A stretch of 63,180 nucleotides of DNA, the filler included, from Octopus bimaculoides (taxonomy: Eukaryota): the NCBI RefSeq assembly GCF_001194135.2. It is 7 parts of 7 records of this genome, joined end to end, with 100 filler letters (N's around TTAATTAATTAA, not from the genome) between each part and the next. Parts side by side here need not be neighbours in the genome. Positions count along the whole stretch, not along the records: positions 8,661 to 17,142 come from NC_068983.1; positions 17,243 to 23,927 come from NC_069010.1; 5 more parts are not named here. One strand, 5' to 3'. Made by a program: the position numbers and the translations under genes. The notes beneath the pieces are model-generated. The model saw only the letters and a list, made by a program, of their open reading frames with translations, was not told where the DNA came from and ran no database searches. The stretch's first letter is position 1, and every line of letters begins with the position of its first letter. This document shows positions 8,699 through 22,500 of the stretch, piece by piece.

Positions 8699-11059
8699 CT
8701 CTGTGTGTGTAGGTGTATGCTGTAATTGCAAGCGTTATCTCATAGATAAGAACTGTTTATATTAATGCAGTTGCTTACTATGGAACCCCCGAAATACCTC
8801 CTTCTTCTTTTATGTTATTTTTTTCTGTTGTTACGAAAAATATTCATATACTGTAATAGATATTTTTAGTTAATTTTTTCATGATCTCAACTGTCGGGAT
8901 AAACAAAGAATTATTTTTGCTAAATATCATTTGTGCACTTGCAATAAACGAAATTATTCGCTTGAGTAAAATTGCCTAATATTATTTTCTTTTTCTGTAG
9001 TATAAATTTTAATAATGTTTATCGTGTCATATATTTACTCTATTTTCCTTGGAAATTTTTATTATTTTATTGCCTCTTATGAATTTAATATATAAATTTC
9101 AATAAGTATTATACAAATCTTTTATCAACTTAGTTTCCAAAATTTTCTTTTTAACTGTTTTGGCTTTGTATTTTAGTTTCCGCGTGCATAATATAAACTC
9201 AGAAATATCTTATTTACCCTGAATGATAAAAAATATAATTCAGATAACTAGTGAATTATATTACTATTCGTCTAAAGTAATTTGTTATCAATCTTGCTAA
9301 ATTCATTACGTGGTGGGAAACTAACAAGTGCCCTAGTTTTTCTTTTCTGTTCTTTTGTTTTGTTTTTGTAGGTGATGTTATCTAAAAAATGAAAATAAAA
9401 AGCTTGCAAACAAGAATAATATTAACAGGATCAGAGACGTTGTTTGCCGAGAACTTAGCTTCACCAGGATAAACATTGTCTCATTATATGATACAACAAG
9501 CAATAACAATTATTACAATATTAAGCCGTGACTATGTATAAACTCAAAGTTGTCTTTATAATGTTCTATAACTCATCTATTTTTGCTGAAAAGCATATCA
9601 AGGATGAATGGCAACGAAATGTCCCGGTTAAATATTCATTATTAGCATTTTGTTTTTTCTCTTCATATAAGAATCTTCATTAATGTCCATTACAAAGAAA
9701 ACCATATATTGTTTGAGTTTGTAAAGTTGTCAGTAAGCATTTCTATCTATAAAGAAACTAGATTGAAATAACGTGGCTTCCATATATAAATATGCACGTC
9801 AACGTAGCTGTATTCTTTATTGTATTAGTATTCGTGTTTTGTAATTATCAGTTATCATTTGCGAAAGCTTTTTTATTGGAAATCATGCAAATTTCATCTC
9901 ATACAAGGCTTAAGACCCGAAATTCGCCATGGACGGTCATCAGTAAACGCGTAGGACAGGCAATAAAAAATACCCGGATCGTGACGTCGAAGGAACTGTC
10001 TTGCTTTCATTTCATCCGAGCAAATCCGTTGATTTTTACATCTGAACAAAAGGAAAACGATTTTACTGTTAACAAAGGCACACACAATGTTAGATATTTA
10101 TTCTGCAAGAAAATTTAGAAAAAATCAGTTTGTTTTTAATTATTGTAAAAAAAAAAAAAAAAGAAGAAAGAACTAACTCTGAAGAGATTGTTCTGATATT
10201 CATGAATTTATAAACGGGAATTTAATTGGCTTGCATAAGAATCCTGTTTCAATTTGAGCATAACGTTTTATGTTCGAACGTTATCAAATTTTAGTATAAA
10301 ATATTACTAATATCCCAAAGTATGTTTGTAGCGTATGACAGGATATTAGCACATAGGATTTGTCATTTTGATTTCAAACATTTATTTCAGCACATAATTT
10401 GAACTAACGTTACTAATTGCGGTGTTTGTAATTAACTAACTTGAGGTATTGAAATATAATATATCAGGATCTGACTCTTTCTAAAAATATTTAGCAACAT
10501 CTCAGATAATTTAAGGAGAAAATAGACTCATAAAAAATATCAAAATAATTATACACATACATGAATGTATATGTATGTATATATTTATGTTCGTAAAATA
10601 ATACGTTTCGTTTTGTATATATAAGTAATGGTAATGAACAGAAGGAAAGGTTCTCATTATTTGCAGTGGAGTATAACTAATTTAATGAAATTAGTTAGCT
10701 TACGACAATTTGGTTTCGTTTGATTGAAGTGAAATACCAACAGACCCATACACGTATAATGACTGATGAATACATTTCACAATCACTATTACATTTCAAA
10801 ATATATAAAGGAAATTAATATGCCAACATTTTATATTTATTTTTGTCGCATTAAATTATCTGAAATGTTAATAAATATTCTTAGAGTTAAATTCTCATAT
10901 AGTATATTTCAATGTCTCAAGATAGCTAATTACAAACACTGCGTGTCGATTCCAATAATGTGTTGGAAGAATGTTTGAAACCAATATCACAAATCCCATA
11001 TGCTAATATACTGTCATATGCTTCAGGAACAGCATACATCGGGATAATAGTAATAGCAT

Positions 11060-11352
11060 ATGTATGACGGCCTCTCCCGTCGAAGACGACGTATGAGCTT
11101 TCAGTTTTCCATGAATGACGTGCAAAAATTATTTGTTTATAGTGATCAAATGCCCACGCTTCATATTAGCTCACTCTTTCCATTAAATCGACGTTGACTG
11201 AACAAGTGCACTGTGTACCAGGCGCCAGGTGTCAAAGTGATCGCAGAGCAACGCGAGATGAAGTGTTTTGCTCAGGAACACAACGCACAAGCCGGTCCAG
11301 GAATTGAAGCCACGATCACTAAATCGTGAGTGCAACACTCTAACCACGAGGC
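11060..11352 (-). mobile_element. tRNA-derived SINE family G
   Basis: A-box-like tagcctcgtggttag and B-box-like ggcttcaattcc, then gttgtgttcctgagcaaaacacttcat. Relatives at 17243-17440 (+), 34210-34530 (-), 46088-46152 (+). Confidence 0.7.
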
Positions 11353-11396
11353 TATATATATATATATATGTATGCATACGTTTGTGCGTGTGTATC

Positions 11397-11435
<39 letters not shown>

Positions 11436-11974
11436 CTGTATGTATGTATTGATATGTATGCAAACGTAGGAGTTCCGCATAAGCGTCAGAAATATATTGC
11501 TATGCACTGAGGCATATAAGGAAGACAATGTGTGGAGTGACGATTTACCAAATATTTTAGTCCTTAAGTGTGTAAGAAAGCTTCGAAGTGTTGAGGTGGA
11601 ACAAAGCGTGAAGGTGAGATAAAAAGGATGGCAGACGTAAGGGTGTTGGGGTGAGATGCCGTAGGATGGAAGAAAGTTACGAGCAAGAGAGGACCAAATG
11701 GTATAACAGAAAACAGATGAACGAGAAAAAAATTAGTTCTTTGAGGGAAGAGAATAAGTGAGCTATATTGCAGGGAAGAGAAATTGGAGAGAGACTGCAG
11801 GTACCGAAAACTAGGAAAAGAAATCAACTGAATAGTGTTTAGTTCCTTAGTTGCTCGAGGGAAAGTATCAGAAGGGAAGGACATCACTTAGATGGAAAAG
11901 GGGAGAGAATGGGAAGTAACAGGATGAGTAAACAGGACAAGAAAGTGTGGGTGTGTTCGTGCGTATGTTTGTGA

Positions 11975-11977
<3 letters not shown>

Positions 11978-12068
<91 letters not shown>

Positions 12069-12083
12069 CGAGAGCGAGAGAGA
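11978..12083. repeat. (GT)n then (GA)n microsatellite
   Basis: Direct reading. Confidence 0.95.
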
Positions 12084-13976
12084 GTTCACGGGCCAAAGTA
12101 GCTGTGACGGAAGATGTGGAACAGTGGTAAAGTAAAGTGGGAATGACGAGGAGGGAGAAAGTATGACTGAGAAGACTTGTGTACGAGTGTGAATATATCG
12201 TGGGTCAAAAACAAAGACACAAAAAGAGACGAACACTTGAGAATGTTTTTGGGTAAGTGTGTATGTGGTACAGAGACAAGACGGTGTATGAATGGTGGTA
12301 TGTGTATCTAAACAGACACACGCATACTCATGTATGCCTGTGTCTGTGTAGGTGTGTATGCAGAGAGACGATATGTGTGACTATGCGTGTCACCATGAGG
12401 GTGTGTGCTGATATATGTGAGTGTGGTGGTGTAAATAGTTTTGTCAAGGGGCAAGGTAGTAGAAGAGATGAGGTTTGTGTATGTGCGTGTGAGAGAGAGG
12501 TGAAGTCGTGGAGGAAGGGTTACTGAGAGGGAAATGTTGAACTAATACGATATTTGTTAAAAGTTGTCCTATCTGTGAAGTTTTATATGTACGCTTCAGC
12601 ATAAAATGTATTGATTGGGAAGATATTGCAAAACACCGAAATGACAGAAGACGGTGGTATATCGGACTTGTAAACTTTGAAACATAGAATCCTTCGCCAT
12701 AACCGGTTGTATCAAAACAGAAAGCGTAATTATCAAATACGAACAATCTGGTAACCTACCATTGTTTCAATTTAGACTTTACTGCCAAGTCAAATGCAAG
12801 GGTTAACTAGCTATTTCTATGCTCAATCTGCTGAAAGTCTGACATGTACAACTTGTAGTTGTTTGTGTAAAACTTTTTCAGGGCTCAAAATGTATATGCG
12901 CAGTCAACAAACTAAATAAAAGTACTTGTACATATTAAAACTATAAATAATGAAAACGAATTAACTATATTGTAGACATTTTAGCTGTACATACTTACAC
13001 TGCTACAATGAAAACTGTATTGCAGATTTTTTATCAATACACAGTTAAATTGTAAATAATGAAGAGAATTAACTGTATTGTAGTATTCTTATCTGTAGAT
13101 GGTATTTTTTTCTGTATGTGTCATTCTGTGTGATAAATCCCTGTAACTTTCCAGTTCAACGGGTCATTCGTCTAAATGTTGCGCTCCTGTTACTACAGGT
13201 CTGTTAGAGTAGCATCTGTCTTCATTACTGAACACTTATACGTCGTTTTCAATGGGAGGTCCCCACACCATACCCTCCAAATATCCTTGTAATTAAACTA
13301 ATAGTATCGAGTACATTATAAAAGTCGTGCACCAACTTATTCTATGTTTCCTACAATCTTCCATCGTTGTAGGTAAAATATCATTTTAAATAGAATTGTA
13401 AATGTCTCAAACTGACAAAACTTTGTAAAATGTTAATACAATATTGTATGAACGAGTGCATCAAGTCAATGACGATTCTGTAAACTGAATATAATTTTGT
13501 TAATGTCAAACTAATTTTTTCCTCGTTAATCGGTTGCGTTCGATTACAGCGGCTGGTTATAAGGAAGTGCAGTTCCTCAGCTGTATGCTCATGAGTTTTG
13601 TTCCTGGATATATAAAATTAACTTTCTCTACTTCACTTATATAACAATTAATTTGTGGAAAACTGCCTAACGGAATGGAATTGTATAATTAGTTTAAAGC
13701 AGAACACAACCGAGAGCGAATCCTTTCATACAAGAATTAAAGTATAATTACAACAGCAGAGTTTCTACTTTTCTTGGGGGTTCAATAAATTCCTCTTACC
13801 TTCTGCTTATTGCCTATTCCATTATCTTCACAATATACTAATTATCTCCAACTAGAGATAATTGCTGACACTGAAAAGTGGGTGTGAATGAAATTGGATT
13901 GCTTGCAACAGAATATGAATATAGATAGTGCGATAAACAGAAAGAGAAAGAGAGAGAGAGGGAAACAAATAGGTAA

Positions 13977-14050
<74 letters not shown>

Positions 14051-15040
14051 GTGTATATACAAATATACGTAATATATATATATATATATATANNNNNNNN
14101 NNNNNNNNNNNNNNNNNNNNNNNNNNNNNNNNNNNNNNNNNNNNNNNNNNNNNNNNNNNNNNNNNNNNNNNNNNNNNNNNNNNNNNNNNNNNNNNNNNNN
14201 NNNNNNNNNNATGTATAGGTGCATATTTGGGTACAGGACATTGCAAACAAAACGTAGACGAGAAAACACACAAGCCACATAGAGAATATTCTTCTTCATC
14301 AGCTACCCCCATTTTAACACCGGCGTTTCGAAGAGCTGGACAGGATGCATCGTTAAAACGGCTCTTCCCATGGACCGCAAATTAAATTTGTATACACAAA
14401 TTAAATCTCGCCATGGAGGAATGTAGTGGCGGACAAAAACAAGACAGGAAAACAAACAGAAAAGGCTTTACGGCCAGACGAGAAAAATTATGTGTGTATG
14501 AACGTTGTGAGGCACGAACTTGAAAGTAGGGACGAAGTAGTTCGCGTGTTTGCTCGGAAGAAAAGGATTATTTTGCAAGATTCATAATGTCAAAACTTGT
14601 GTCGAAATTGTTATTATTGTACTTCGGGATTATCATTTTATTTGTTATTATTTGGCAAAAAAATAATAATAGTGATCATAAAATGACCATCCCGAAGTAC
14701 AACAATATATACATACATACATACATACATACATACATACATACATGCATGCATACATATCTGCATATATTTATATACATATTTATGCATACATACATTT
14801 ATATATGTGTGTGTATGCATATTCTAATAATTGTTTTGTCCTGGTAATAAATTCGAAATAATTTTTCATTTACATAACGCAGGAATATGATTATACGCTT
14901 AAATGCTTTCAAATAAATTTTGCTGATACAATAACGTTTCGGTGTATTAGCTACCAACTTGTACATTGGCAAAACGATACGTTTTGAGCAGCTTTTCTTC
15001 CTCCCTGCCTCCCACTGTTGCTAAATTTATATCTTAGTGA

Positions 15041-15235
15041 AGATAACGAGCTGTCAAAATCGTGAGCGTGTCGGACAAAATGCTTAGCAGAATTTCTTGC
15101 GACTCTTTATAAGTTCAATTACCGCCAAGGTCGGCTTCGCCTTTAATGCTTTCGGATTCGATAAAATAAAGTATCAGTCAGGTATTGGAGTCAGATTAAT
15201 CAAATTTGCCCTCCCCTAAAAACCGCTAGCCTTTT
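15041..15235 (+). mobile_element. Diverged SINE family A copy (further fragment at 15660-15780)
   Basis: cgagctgtcaaaatcgtgagc...aaatgcttagc...gcctttaatgctttcggattcgataaaataaagtatcagt. Confidence 0.7.
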
Positions 15236-16934
15236 ACTTATATTAGGAGGAATGTTTATGTGCATGTCTCTAAGACTGAATTTACTTATTCCATGAACGT
15301 TTACAAGTCATATTGACTAGATGAAAGGGTCCAAAATCGAAACTATTCTTTTCATATAAAATGAAACAAAAAAAACTTTACATATTTAAAAACTGTTCGT
15401 TCATGTAGCAGTGGCAATTAGCAATTATCTAGCTGTTCTATCTAAAATAATAGTTGAAATATAAGATTAAACATCGGGTTACTATTATGAGGATATGTCA
15501 AGGTATTTCCATGCAGTTCGGACTGTTCTACATTTATCATTTTCCATGCGTCACTTAGTCTGTTTCTCTTTACAATCAGAAAAATGCTAGCACAGTTATT
15601 ACATAACTATGTTCGTGAACTGACAGACTCGTTATAACTTTCAATAAAATTCTATGTGGTGTTCGCTCCGGCTGTCTGAGTTCAAATTTCGTCGGTGTTA
15701 ACTTCACTGTTTTTTTGTTTTTTTTTTTTGGGGGGGGGGGGGCGGAGTGATAAGTATCAGTCCAATATTGAGTTTAGTTTACTTCCTTCTCTTTCTTTTC
15801 TCTATCTCTGTGGATTGTAATTTTAAGGATCAAATCTTTTGCATGTTCTGCTGATTTGGTCTAGACATAACATTCAGGTTATACGTCTCTGTGGAATATT
15901 CAGTTGCTCACACACTAATTTTGCGAGTAGGTAATAACTTCATGAAACAACTGAATACGCATCATCGAAGCCGCGAAATATCCCATTACCACTGAACATA
16001 TTCAAAATTAACATCTAAACTTAACTCATAACATTCCTTCCTCTCCCCACCCCCAAAAAAGTAAAAGATAAGTCATCAAAGGTTACTCTTTATATTTACT
16101 TCTTTAACGAACCAACGATGGGGACCCTACGACATTGCTCAATAGGTTAGAAATAGTAAACAAATCTTCTATAAATTAAACAATATCGTCTTTTAAAAGT
16201 AAGCTTCTTTTCGATGAGGTACTCCAAAGTAAAAAAAAAAAAGGAGGAATGGTCACGTTTAGCATTGTTATGATTATAGATCTACTCACTGGATGACAAC
16301 TTCAAATCTTATCTGTTCTCTCACTAAACATATCAAAACATTCTAAATATTCATTCACATGACTTCAATCCCTGGCATCAAAAGTAATCGAGATAAAGAA
16401 AATGAAGTCTCGCTTCTAGAGTAAAGACTAGTTACTCTTTAATTTATACATTGACGATTTGAAAACGACTACAAAGATTGGTATTGACAATTATGAACGT
16501 ATTTGGAACTATAGAGATCTCCAAATGAGGCCGTTGCATTTTGCCCGCTGGTTACATGGTACTGTAGTAGCTTGATCTTTGAAGGACTGCTCCTTTAGCA
16601 AGCATTTTCCTGTATGGCATAAGGGTTCAGCATGAAGCTGATATCAGAATATTCAAAAACCATTTAGACATTTTTCAATATACGAGTCTAACTAATCACA
16701 TCACATTGAGAGGCGCATATTGATGCAGTGATATAAATCCCTACTAACACCCTAAAAACTAAATACGCAAGAAACTACATTATTGTTGATTGCTTTAATG
16801 CCAGTCTAAGCAAAGCTGTTTTCACTGTCTATGTTAGTTCCAGGTCAGCCCTGATGGTATAAACCTTTAACCTAAACCGTTCTATGCATTGCTATCCACT
16901 CCTGTATAAGGTCATCTAGGATAATGTTCATTAT

Positions 16935-17069
16935 TTACATTCGACGGATATTTGTCCTCATCTTGTTTGTTGTTAACACAACGTTTCGGTTGATATACCC
17001 TCCAGCCGTCATCAGATGTCTTGAGGAAATTTCGAACCTGGGTTCTCATTCCTAAGGTATTTTTCGATG

Positions 17070-17075
<6 letters not shown>
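16935..17075 (-). mobile_element. Short HHR-bearing repeat (family F)
   Basis: Contains the HHR at 16975-17020 and is flanked by (ATT)n. Confidence 0.55.
16975..17020 (-). ncRNA. Minimal type I hammerhead ribozyme motif
   Basis: GACAU-CUGAUGA-c-GGCUG..CAACC-GAAA-CG-UU-GUGUU. Stem I 5 bp including wobbles, ACGU palindromic stem III, one mismatch in stem II. Confidence 0.65.
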
Positions 17076-17142
<67 letters not shown>

Positions 17143-17242
17143 NNNNNNNNNNNNNNNNNNNNNNNNNNNNNNNNNNNNNNNNNNNNTTAATTAATTAANN
17201 NNNNNNNNNNNNNNNNNNNNNNNNNNNNNNNNNNNNNNNNNN

Positions 17243-17642
17243 GGTTTCGATTCCTGGACCGGGAGACGTGTTGTGTTCTTGAGCAAAACACTTCATTTCA
17301 CATTGCTCCAGTCCACTCAGCTGGCAAAAATGAGTAACGCTGCGATGGGCTGGCGTCCCGTCCAGCTGACAATCACATATGCCATTGAAACTGGGAAACC
17401 GGACCCATGAGCCTGGCTAGGCTTTAAAAGGGCACATTTATTTATTTTATTTTATATATATATATATATATATATGATGGGCTTCTTTCAGTTTCCATCT
17501 ACAAAATCCACTCACAAGGCTTTTGTCAGCCAGAGGCTATAGTATTAATAGAAGACACTTGCTGAAAGTGACATGTAGTGGAACTGAACCCGGAACCATG
17601 TGGTTTGTAAGCAAGCTACTTACAACACAACCACTCCTGTGC
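17243..17642. mobile_element. SINE G (+, 17243-17440) and SINE B (-, 17472-17642)
   Basis: B-box ggtttcgattcc. B body gggcttctttcagtttcc...ccactcct. Confidence 0.75.
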
Positions 17643-18206
17643 GTATGACACATGCACACTCACACACACTTGTATGTTGAATGTAATATAAAATTCGTCA
17701 AATGAGCTTGTAAAACTGAGAACCGATATAAACCATAAATATTAATAGACTGCCTTAAGGGTTGGAATAGCAATGGGAAGTTATAGAGAGAAGACTTAGA
17801 AGAATTAGTAGGAAAAATTAATTAGATTGTTAACAAGGTAATGTTATGGCAAAAAAATGAATTACCAAGGGAAGGGAAATGTGGAGTGATGGAGTGTGAG
17901 AAAGAAAACTAGGAAATTCGGTGCAAGCGAAGTGTGAATAGTTATGGCATTTTGTAAGAATAAAAATAAAATGTTTGTGAAGGAAAAAATATTTGTAAAA
18001 GAAAAAAGCTTTAAATAATTTTGTTTACAGTTTGTATATTTAGTAATGGTGTTGAGAAAGACTGAGCGAATTTATCTGTTGTTGAAATTGTGAAAATTTA
18101 ATTTGGTGTCAAGGGAATAGAAGAGGAATTTGTAGTGCATGTTGAATTTCAGGTGGATGGATGGATAGATAGATAGACAGATAGATAGATAGATAGATAT
18201 ACAGAC

Positions 18207-18243
<37 letters not shown>

Positions 18244-19092
18244 NNNNNNNNNNNNNNNNNNNNNNNNNNNNNNNNNNNNNNNNNNNNNNNNNNNNNNNNN
18301 NNNNNNNNNNNNNNNNNNNNNNNNNNNNNNNNNNNNNNNNNNNNNNNNNNNNNNNNNNNNNNNNNNNNNNNNNNNNNNNNNNNNNNNNNNNNNNNNNNNN
18401 NNNNNNNNNNNNNNNNNNNNNNNNNNNNNNNNNNNNNNNNNNNNNNNNNNNNNNNNNNNNNNNNNNNNNNNNNNNNNNNNNNNNNNNNNNNNNNNNNNNN
18501 NNNNNNNNNNNNNNNNNNNNNNNNNNNNNNNNNNNNNNNNNNNNNNNNNNNNNNNNNNNNNNNNNNNNNNNNNNNNNNNNNNNNNNNNNNNNNNNNNNNN
18601 NNNNNNNNNNNNNNNNNNNNNNNNNNNNNNNNNNNNNNNNNNNNNNNNNNNNNNNNNNNNNNNNNNNNNNNNNNNNNNNNNNNNNNNNNNNNNNNNNNNN
18701 NNNNNNNNNNNNNNNNNNNNNNNNNNNNNNNNNNNNNNNNNNNNNNNNNNNNNNNNNNNNNNNNNNNNNNNNNNNNNNNNNNNNNNNNNNNNNNNNNNNN
18801 NNNNNNNNNNNNNNNNNNNNNNNNNNNNNNNNNNNNNNNNNNNNNNNNNNNNNNNNNNNNNNNNNNNNNNNNNNNNNNNNNNNNNNNNNNNNNNNNNNNN
18901 NNNNNNNNNNNNNNNNNNNNNNNNNNNNNNNNNNNNNNNNNNNNNNNNNNNNNNNNNNNNNNNNNNNNNNNNNNNNNNNNNNNNNNNNNNNNNNNNNNNN
19001 NNNNNNNNNNNNNNNNNNNNNNNNNNNNNNNNNNNNNNNNNNNNNNNNNNNNNNNNNNNNNNNNNNNNNNNNNNNNNNNNNNNNNNNNNNNN

Positions 19093-19294
19093 ACTAGATA
19101 GGTAGATCAATAAACTAGATAGGTAGATCAATAAACTAGATAGGTAGATCAATAAACTAGATAGGTAGATCAATAAACTAGATAGGTAGATCGATAAACT
19201 AGATAGGTAGATCAATAAACTAGATAGGTAGATCAATAAACTAGATAGGTAGATCAATAAACTAGATAGGTAGATCAATAAACTAGATAGGTAG
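19093..19294. repeat. 21-bp minisatellite (ACTAGATAGGTAGATCAATAA) x9 plus partial, running into an 850-nt gap
   Basis: Units start every 21 nt from 19093 to 19282, with one variant unit (tcgataa). Confidence 0.95.
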
Positions 19295-19864
19295 CTAGAT
19301 AGGTGTAGACGTTTGGCAAGCTGGATAAAAGGACAAATGATGTAGACGAAGCCAGAGGCACACACACACATGCACACACAGACACACACACACACATGCA
19401 CACCCCTTCCTATGTGCATGCTCCCTCTAACAACCACGCGTACATATGCATCCACACACTTATACACACATAGGCACACATACAAATATATATACCTTCA
19501 GATATCATTTTGTGTAATATTAGCTTCATAAGTTTATTGCAAAATTGAAATTATTTCCATTCCAATAAAATCTAAGAGAATTATCGGTCATTAAAATTAT
19601 AAAAATTTAATTTAGTGTCTGAGGAAAATGAGAGGAAATTCTAGAGAATATTAAATTCTAGGTTAGCAGATAAATAGATTAGTGCACAAATAGATATGTA
19701 GACAGAAATATGGATGGAAACAGAATAGCGATATACATATGTATGTATAGAGCTGCACGCATATGTGTAGGTATACAAAACAGAAAAACAGACAGACAGA
19801 CAGACTGATAGGTAGATAGATAGATAGATAGATAGATGTGGAATCATAGCCTTGGCCAGTGATG

Positions 19865-20515
19865 GAGACAAACGGATGGCACCTGTGCTAGTGACACGTG
19901 AAAGGTGCCCATGCCAGTGACACGTAAAAGGTACCTGTGATGTGATACACAGGTACACTCTGTGGAGTGGTCGGCATTAGGAAGGGCATCAAGCTGTAGA
20001 AACCAAACCAAAACAGATTGGAGCCTGGTGCAGTTCTCCGGCTTACCATCTCCAATCAAACTCTTACCCATGCTATCATAGAAAACAGGTGCTAAATGAT
20101 GATGATGATGATATATACATACGACAGGCTTCTTTTAGTTTCCATCTAACACATCCACTCATAAAGCTTTGGTCAACCTGAGGTTATAAATCATGCAACC
20201 TGAGGTTATAAGTCAACCTGAGGTTATAAATCATGCATGTAAACTTTGACCCAGCTGCTATGTAGAGAATATAATTTGATTTATTTACCATTTTTGTTGA
20301 TTCCATAAACATATGTTGTCTTCTAGAAGATAAAGAGTTCTGCAACTCTTCATTTCGTAGGCGTAGCTGTATGGTAAGAATTTTACTTTCTAACTATATG
20401 ATTCCAGATTCAATCTCACTATGTGGCATCTTGGACAAGTGTCTTTGACTATAGCCTAGGGCTGACCGAAGCCTTCCGTGTGGATTTGATAGATGGAAAC
20501 TGAAAGAAGCCCACT
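19865..20515. mobile_element. Family D (+, 19865-20112), SINE B fragments (20118-20185 minus, 20355-20515 plus)
   Basis: Similarity to other copies in the window. Confidence 0.7.
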
Positions 20516-20889
20516 TACAGCTATTTCAATTCCAGGCTCTCAGAAAATTAATTGAATTAGAAATTATTTGAAGGTCGAATTTCTTCAGAGGTAGTTTAAG
20601 CTGTACAAAATAGATGTTCAATTCCTGCGTGCTGAGTAAACGGCTGTAAACCATTAACTGATAAAATTTATACATATAGAACATGGTATAAAAAATGGTA
20701 TAGACCATAGAAGGGCTGTGTATACTGGAGTTGTAAAGTAAGAATATAACAATATATTCATCTAGAGTGTTAAGTATAAAAAAACTCAAGTAGAAATCAT
20801 TGGTAAAAATGTCATATTGTGATATTATGTCCATCCATATTAAATCAATAGAAAATTAGTGCGTAGAGTTTAATTCAAGTGTATATAGT

Positions 20890-21218
20890 TATTATTAATA
20901 TTTAATTAAAGTGGAGGACAAGATATCTCAAGAACCGCTGGATGATTTAGGATGAAACTTTCAGGGATGTTAGGCTTCGTGACTGGCACAAACTGATTAG
21001 ATTTGGAGATTTATCTTGTACTGGACAAGGATTCTGGATTATTTTTCCTGTTTTTTTTTTACTTAATTTTTGAGAGCAGTCGGATTCATTTTTAGTGTTC
21101 TTGTTTGTGAGAGCAGTTGAGTTTATTTCAGATAGTCTCATTTTAAAAATCATTTTTGATTAATCGTTGAGAGGACGTTAGTGTTGCCTTGGCAGAGGTT
21201 TGCACTCTCTAAGTGGTC

Positions 21219-21222
<4 letters not shown>
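20890..21222. mobile_element. Possible non-autonomous Helentron/HINE-like element
   Basis: atatctcaagaaccgctggatg...gatgaaactttcaggg 5' motif and ggcagaggtttgcactctctaagtgg 3' hairpin-like end resemble recalled HINE ends. Confidence 0.35.
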
Positions 21223-21285
<63 letters not shown>

Positions 21286-21288
<3 letters not shown>

Positions 21289-21353
21289 GGTAGTGAGCTG
21301 GTAGAATTGTTAGCATGCTGGGCAAAATGCTTAGAGTTATTTCGCCTGTCACT
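21286..21353 (+). mobile_element. SINE family A head after (ATT)n, running into a gap
   Basis: aaggtagtgagctggtagaattgttagcatgctgggcaaaatgcttag. Confidence 0.75.
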
Positions 21354-21762
21354 NNNNNNNNNNNNNNNNNNNNNNNNNNNNNNNNNNNNNNNNNNNNNNN
21401 NNNNNNNNNNNNNNNNNNNNNNNNNNNNNNNNNNNNNNNNNNNNNNNNNNNNNNNNNNNNNNNNNNNNNNNNNNNNNNNNNNNNNNNNNNNNNNNNNNNN
21501 NNNNNNNNNNNNNNNNNNNNNNNNNNNNNNNNNNNNNNNNNNNNNNNNNNNNNNNNNNNNNNNNNNNNNNNNNNNNNNNNNNNNNNNNNNNNNNNNNNNN
21601 NNNNNNNNNNNNNNNNNNNNNNNNNNNNNNNNNNNNNNNNNNNNNNNNNNNNNNNNNNNNNNNNNNNNNNNNNNNNNNNNNNNNNNNNAATTTAAAATAT
21701 AATAGTTCTCTGTTTGACAATCTTCCAGTCTGTCCATCTTTTTATCTACCTATTCAAATATT

Positions 21763-21798
<36 letters not shown>

Positions 21799-21872
21799 GC
21801 CACATATCTGTCTGTCCCTCTGTGCATTAACATCTATATTTATTTGTCTGTCTGTCCATCTGTCTCTCTGTT

Positions 21873-21939
<67 letters not shown>

Positions 21940-21988
21940 CTGTCTGTCTATCTATCTATCCATCTATCTATCTATCTATCTATCTGTT

Positions 21989-22021
<33 letters not shown>

Positions 22022-22459
22022 GTAGCCATCTATCTATCCATCCATCCATCCGTCTGTCTGTCTTCTATCTGCCTGTCTGCCTGTCTCTCTGTCTGTTTGC
22101 CTGTCTGCCTGCCTGTCTACCTGCCTCTCTATCTGTATGTCTGTCTCCCTTTCTGTCCGTTTGTCTGCCGCAGCAGCTACAGAGTGATTCCATTGACATA
22201 CAATGTTTTCTACATGATAAAGTGCTCTTCAACTATGCAGATGTCTTTTGTTCCATCTATGGTAGAATATACAACATATGAATGGTGCATTTTCTATGGC
22301 TGTGTCAAGAGTAATTTTAAAATCTGTTCTTTTCTTGTATGATGCCAGAAATATGGCTCAAATCTATGAGAAATCTACTTTTGGTATTTTAAATAACACG
22401 TATCTTATCTATTTTAAAATATTGCTATCCCCTTGACTATCCCCTTGACTGTATAACTC

Positions 22460-22500
<41 letters not shown>

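Noticed and set aside
9925-9965. Minus-strand CUGAUGA followed by CGAAU
   Set aside because: Lacks A15.1 and stem I, so it is not an HHR.
11564-11887. Possible decayed PLE C-terminal segment (PLLLVTFFHPT)
   Set aside because: Only a faint resemblance to the PLVLTYHP motif, too weak to call.
12444-13100. Minus-strand ORF 12444-12746 and three degenerate aatgaa..aactgtattgtag repeats at about 12949-13090
   Set aside because: No family motif, frequent stops in flanking frames, and the repeats are short and eroded.
14587-14847. ORF with a type II membrane anchor-like start (MSKLVSKLLLLYFGIIILFVIIW)
   Set aside because: Starts at the end of a probable repeat, derives its hydrophobicity from an (ATT)-rich tract, and runs into (TACA)n.
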